Shown: positions 47,021 to 51,223 of the stretch, piece by piece | How the letters are laid out: each line of letters starts with the position of its first letter | How positions within the stretch are numbered: the stretch's first letter is position 1 | Source: Candidatus Omnitrophota bacterium | GTDB lineage: Bacteria > Omnitrophota > Gorgyraeia > 2-01-FULL-45-10 | Direction of reading: 5' to 3' | Length of the DNA: 51,223 nucleotides | NCBI GenBank assembly: GCA_020057115.1 | Contig: JAGVGJ010000029.1 | Location: 1-51,223, forward strand | Translations under genes and position numbers: made by a program | The notes under the pieces: model-generated | Told to the model about the DNA's origin: nothing | Database searches by the model: none | The model's input: only the letters and a program-made list of their open reading frames with translations

Positions 47021-48066
47021 TATTTCTCCCCGTCCTTGTGAGTAATTCTTTTAATTTCCTTATCGAAATCACTCTCATAAATCTTATCCTGAATTACGCT
47101 GTATTTATCAAACTCGGCCTCTGCAAATGCTTTGGCGATCTCAGCGCTGACTTTGCCGGGATTATCAAGGATCTCCTTCTCATTGAACCGTAAAAAAGAA
47201 TCCAACTTCTTGATCCAGTCGTTCATATACATGACTTTTCGGTTCTGGGCCTGCAATTCCGCATAATCCAGATACAAGGAAACAATCCGGTTGAGAATAT
47301 TTAGCTCTGCTTCCTTCAAATAATTCTTGGCGATTGAAACATCTGTTTTACGGATACGCCCTTCCGGAGAATTCTTCCATGAAGTAAGCCCCATATTTTG
47401 TTTACTGCTATCCGCGCGGTGACGAATGATCTCCGCGGCCGTTTGCCTGCTGATGGCCCAATGCAATTTGTTTTGAACGGTTGCGAAAAACAGCTTTGTT
47501 TCCTCGCTGTCTTTCTCATAATCTGCGCTACATTGCGAATAAATATCTGTGACTTTCTGATAAAAGCGCCGTTCGCTTGAGCGGATATCGCGGATCCGCG
47601 CCAATTGCTCTTCAAAATAATCTTTACCAAAAATATTGTTGGGATTTTTCAGACGCTCATCATCCATGGTAAAACCTTTAATGATGTATTCTTTCAAGCG
47701 TTCAGTCGCCCAGATACGAAATAAGGTGGCCTGCTTTGAACTGACACGGTACCCCACCGAAAGAATGGCATCCAGATTGTAAAACTCTACACTCCTCGTT
47801 ACCCGCCTTGCGCCCTCGGTTTGAACTTGTGCAATTTTTGCACAGGTTGAATTCTGATCCAGTTCACCTTCCTTGAATATATTCTGGAGATGCTTGGTTA
47901 CCACGCTTCTTTCCACGCCAAAAAGATCCGCAATCTTCGCCTGAGTCAGCCAGATATTTTCGTTACGCAAGAAAATCTCAACTTTAACCTTGCCGTTGGG
48001 CGTGGTGTAAAGCAGAAATTCCGTAAAACTGTTATTGGGAACTATATCATATTTCTTTTTACTCAT
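47020..48066 (-). CDS. rhuM: RhuM-family protein
   Basis: VKVEIFLRNENIWLTQAKIADLFGVERSVVTKHLQNIFKEGEL...YNLDAILSVGYRVSSKQATLFRIWA is the characteristic RhuM sequence. Confidence 0.8.
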   Translation of the reverse strand: MSKKKYDIVPNNSFTEFLLYTTPNGKVKVEIFLRNENIWLTQAKIADLFGVERSVVTKHLQNIFKEGELDQNSTCAKIAQVQTEGARRVTRSVEFYNLDAILSVGYRVSSKQATLFRIWATERLKEYIIKGFTMDDERLKNPNNIFGKDYFEEQLARIRDIRSSERRFYQKVTDIYSQCSADYEKDSEETKLFFATVQNKLHWAISRQTAAEIIRHRADSSKQNMGLTSWKNSPEGRIRKTDVSIAKNYLKEAELNILNRIVSLYLDYAELQAQNRKVMYMNDWIKKLDSFLRFNEKEILDNPGKVSAEIAKAFAEAEFDKYSVIQDKIYESDFDKEIKRITHKDGEK

Positions 48067-49244
48067 TGCCTTGCCTCCTTCACCCTAATCTTGCCGGTTA
48101 AAAGTTTTTGCATAAGACTTTTTTTCTGACTTTTTAAAATATCAAGCGTCGAAGATAGAATTTCAAGCTCGTTATCCGCAGATAAAAGAATTTTTGCAAT
48201 TTTCTTCTGTTCCTTTTCATCTGCTGGAAACACAAGTGGCAATTTTTTTATATCATTGCTATTCACCGCAGTAAACGTACTGCCCTGAGCATAGCTATTC
48301 CATTGCGTTTCAAAAGAAAGCAGAAATTGGTATAAATACTCGTTGTCAATTTTTTCACCTCTGATTGCGCACACGCCTCTACCAATACATGCCTCGTGCA
48401 TGCATTTTGCAATTGTGCCCACAGGAGCCCTAACCGACATGATAATATCTCCTATATAAGCTCTCTTAGTTATTTGCTTTGTGTATGTCGTGGGGAATGT
48501 CTTTCGATCTTTACAATCTCCGTTTCCCTGTATTAAAGGTAAGCCAGCACGGTCTTCGTTATAAAATTCTGAGCTTGGTGATTGCCCCATATTTATTTTT
48601 GCGACTTGCCCTAAAGACGTTCTCTCAAGCCGCTTACCGTTAAATTCCTTAAACCGCATCGTGCCGGTCAATAATTTCTGCATCAGACCTTTTTTGAGGT
48701 TGGTCTTGGCGTTTATAAGCTTACTCAATGTATCAATCGCTTGATCCCATGTTAATATGACCTCCGCGATTACTTTTTGCTCCTCTACCGGAGGCATAAT
48801 AAACTGAAGATGCGAGAAGTCTTTTCGATCCAGTACACGGTTTCTGCCAGCACCACCGGGTGAAATAATCCCAAGGTTATAAACAAGTCTTTTCGACGGT
48901 ATTAAATATCGGAAGAATTCCGGAACAACCACATTTCGATCAAAAACATATGTCGGGAAACGATGTGATACTAAAGCGCCTTCATCGCTTTTATTTACAA
49001 GAGCAACCGCGCCCTCCCAAGCAAAGGTAATATTTACGATAAGATCATCTTTTTCCACTGCAAAAAGGGTTTCCATCATAACCTTGTCCGGATTCTCAAC
49101 TTCACGAACAAAAGTTCCCTTGCAGTGGCTACGAATACCTAAAGAGCGATACTTGACCTTAGGTTTGTCAACCCCGCGAGGAGTGAATTTGAGAAAATCT
49201 TTAATCTCGAGCTCTTGCCAGCCTCGAGGGATAGTTCGCGCCAT
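48063..49244 (-). CDS. hsdS: Type I restriction-modification specificity subunit
   Basis: Two target-recognition halves, each ending in the conserved helix KKGLMQKLLTG / KKSLMQKLLTG. Confidence 0.85.
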   Translation of the reverse strand: MARTIPRGWQELEIKDFLKFTPRGVDKPKVKYRSLGIRSHCKGTFVREVENPDKVMMETLFAVEKDDLIVNITFAWEGAVALVNKSDEGALVSHRFPTYVFDRNVVVPEFFRYLIPSKRLVYNLGIISPGGAGRNRVLDRKDFSHLQFIMPPVEEQKVIAEVILTWDQAIDTLSKLINAKTNLKKGLMQKLLTGTMRFKEFNGKRLERTSLGQVAKINMGQSPSSEFYNEDRAGLPLIQGNGDCKDRKTFPTTYTKQITKRAYIGDIIMSVRAPVGTIAKCMHEACIGRGVCAIRGEKIDNEYLYQFLLSFETQWNSYAQGSTFTAVNSNDIKKLPLVFPADEKEQKKIAKILLSADNELEILSSTLDILKSQKKSLMQKLLTGKIRVKEARQ

Positions 49245-49245
49245 A

Positions 49246-50745
49246 TTAAAACCCCAGTTCCTTTAAGTGCCCCGCCATTTCTTTTTGCACACCAGAGAGT
49301 TCTTTTTCCAATACTTCGATTTCTTTTTGAGTTTTTGCGATATCAACCGCTTCTTCTTCCTCAAATATATCCACGTAGCGAGGAATATTAAGGTTAAATT
49401 CATTTTCCTTAATCTCGTCCAATGTCGCCCGATATGAATATTTTTCATTCGTTTTGTATTCTTTATACGTCCGCATGATCTTCTCAATATCCTCCGGACG
49501 AAGTTTGTTTTGAGTTTTATCTTTTTCAAACTCACGACTGGCATCGATAAAAAGCAGGTCTTTCGTTTTACGACCTTTCTTAAAGAAGAGAACAGCTACA
49601 GGAATACTCACTCCATAAAATAGATTTGGGGGTAAACCAATCACGGCATCAAGAATATTCTCCTCAACAAATTTCTGACGTATAACACCCTCAGCGCCAC
49701 CTCTAAATAACACGCCATGAGGCACAATAACTGCCACCCTGCCTGACTCATTCATAGTCTCGACCATGTGGGTCACAAAGGCATAATCGCCCTTACTCTT
49801 TGGGGGCACGCCACGGTGGAAACGCCTAAACTTATCTGCCCCGGCATTCTCTGCGCCCCATTTGTCGAGAGAAAAAGGAGGATTTGCAGTAACTATATCA
49901 AACTTCGTCAGACTATCGTTCTCGATGAGCTTGGGATTATTAAGCGTATCGCCCCACTCAACCCGGGCGTTGTCGATCCCATGCAAAAACATATTCATCA
50001 TACAAAGAGCCCATGTGCTTCCATTGCTCTCTTGTCCGTATAGCGAGAAATTATGATCCTTAACTTCTTTGGATACCTGTATCAATAAGGATCCGGAACC
50101 GCATGCCGGATCACAAATACGCTCGCCCGATTTCGGGGCAAGCAGTTTCGCCAATAAAACAGATACTTGTTCAGGCGTATAGAACTCACCACCCTTTTTG
50201 CCTGCACCGCTGGCAAATTTTTCAATAAGAAACTGGTACGTGTCTCCAATGATATCCGCATTGCCGATCTTTGCAGATCTCAAATCCATACGCTCATCAG
50301 CAAAATCCTCAATTAAATGTTTGAGGCGTTTGTTGCGGTCTTTGGTCTGACCAAGGTTTGACTCAGAATTAAAATCGATGTTACGGAAAACGCCCTCGAG
50401 CTTGGCTTTGTTGGCTTCTTCAATACCTTCCAGCGCCAGATTGATAATTTCTCCGATGTTGCTGGCGTCTCGCTTACCATAGATGTAGTCAAAATCACAA
50501 TTCTCAGGCAGAACGAACCGCTCGCGCTCCATTTTCCGTTTAATGCGCACAGGATCGCTACCATGCTCTTTTTGGTATTGCTCTTTTTTGTCCTTCCACT
50601 GGTCGCTTAAATATTTAAGGAAGAGAAATACAAGAATATAATTCTTGTATTCAGATGGATCCACAACGCCGCGGAAAGTATCGCAAGCCTTCCACGCAAC
50701 CGCGTTTATTTCATCCTGATTAGTTTTACCGTTAGCCATGAACAA
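49246..50745 (-). CDS. hsdM: Type I restriction-modification DNA methyltransferase subunit
   Basis: HsdM N-domain, DPACGSGS (SAM motif I), ANPPF (motif IV). Confidence 0.9.
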   Translation of the reverse strand: MFMANGKTNQDEINAVAWKACDTFRGVVDPSEYKNYILVFLFLKYLSDQWKDKKEQYQKEHGSDPVRIKRKMERERFVLPENCDFDYIYGKRDASNIGEIINLALEGIEEANKAKLEGVFRNIDFNSESNLGQTKDRNKRLKHLIEDFADERMDLRSAKIGNADIIGDTYQFLIEKFASGAGKKGGEFYTPEQVSVLLAKLLAPKSGERICDPACGSGSLLIQVSKEVKDHNFSLYGQESNGSTWALCMMNMFLHGIDNARVEWGDTLNNPKLIENDSLTKFDIVTANPPFSLDKWGAENAGADKFRRFHRGVPPKSKGDYAFVTHMVETMNESGRVAVIVPHGVLFRGGAEGVIRQKFVEENILDAVIGLPPNLFYGVSIPVAVLFFKKGRKTKDLLFIDASREFEKDKTQNKLRPEDIEKIMRTYKEYKTNEKYSYRATLDEIKENEFNLNIPRYVDIFEEEEAVDIAKTQKEIEVLEKELSGVQKEMAGHLKELGF

Positions 50746-50769
50746 CCTCCTATTATTAAAAGTAGAAAT

Positions 50770-51087
50770 CTATTTCTCGTTTATTATTTCCATGCATTTA
50801 TCAATGAATACATCGCACTTGTCATCTGACACGCTCAATCCCTGACGGCACAGCCACTCACCAAATTCATTCTCTATTTTTTCACGGAGAGTAAGCGGCC
50901 GCTTAGTAGTTGACGTTTCAGCCTCTACTGCGCTTGACGAATCCCTACGGCGGGCGCTTGATTTTTCTATATCCTTATCGTACCGCTTTTTGAAATCCGC
51001 TAATTCTGACATCATATCGCCAATGCACGCACACCCGATGACGCTTTGCAGTTTCTCAAAACATTTGTCGTGCGATTTTTTCTTCAT
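50770..51087 (-). CDS. Hypothetical protein
   Basis: The ORF is co-oriented with hsdM and lies 24 nt upstream of it. No motif recognised. Confidence 0.35.
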   Translation of the reverse strand: MKKKSHDKCFEKLQSVIGCACIGDMMSELADFKKRYDKDIEKSSARRRDSSSAVEAETSTTKRPLTLREKIENEFGEWLCRQGLSVSDDKCDVFIDKCMEIINEK

Positions 51088-51223
51088 ATACCAACCTTTG
51101 ATTACTTTGAAATCACGCCCAGTAGTGTATATCTTCAGACCTTTTTGGACACTTCAGCGCTATTTAGATTTGCACTTTGATACTCGTCTGGGTCATTGTT
51201 TTGGTTAATATTTCTACCTTCCA

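Larger units (their letters stand above)
31741..51223. mobile_element. Integrated mobile element / defence island (left end at the miaB 5' end; right end beyond the window)
   Basis: It contains a serine integrase, an Xis-like HTH, a primase-helicase, iterons, and a cargo of restriction/defence genes. There are no housekeeping genes. The cargo part is visibly more AT-rich in spot counts. Confidence 0.7.

Overview
The window comes from a Gram-negative-type (LptD-bearing) bacterial chromosome, and almost every gene is on the minus strand. It has three parts.

(1) 0.3-11.6 kb is a nucleotide-sugar/glycan cluster. It holds a full rmlA/B/C/D set, two UDP-sugar dehydrogenases, a UXS-like decarboxylase, a 4-epimerase, an AsnB-type amidotransferase, a GT2 and a methyltransferase.

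(2) 11.7-31.8 kb is housekeeping: lptD, a short transaldolase, two coupled GGDEF cyclases, an orphan MalK-like ABC ATPase, accD, a corrinoid protein, DUF1015, VanZ, FmdB, and hrcA-grpE-dnaK-dnaJ behind a perfect CIRCE operator and promoter. It ends with hflX, miaA, a TPR/SPOR protein and miaB.

(3) From 31.74 kb to the window edge is an integrated mobile element. Its large serine recombinase reads into the 5' end of miaB. It also carries an Xis-like HTH protein, an AEP primase-helicase with an iteron/AT-rich ori-like region, and a defence cargo. The cargo is an 824-aa DUF4238-like + SEC-C protein with its own terminator, then one tightly packed 8-gene array: hsdM-hsdS-rhuM-hsdR-ygjP(M48)-MBL-4TM-MBL.

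My best candidate for an undescribed system is the last three genes of that array. They encode two paralogous ComEC-type metallo-beta-lactamase-fold proteins flanking a small 4-TM protein. I cannot assign this module to any named defence system from memory.

Two non-coding patterns also stand out:
- A family of elements is built from exactly four heptanucleotide units (28 nt). Some form 28-28-28 nt palindromes in intergenic DNA. Others are half-elements translated inside rfbD, miaB and the start of the SPOR gene.
- A second repeat family has three copies, a long closing stem and a three-way-junction-like core, and shows compensatory changes between copies.

All calls come from reading the sequence and ORF translations. 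No database search was run.
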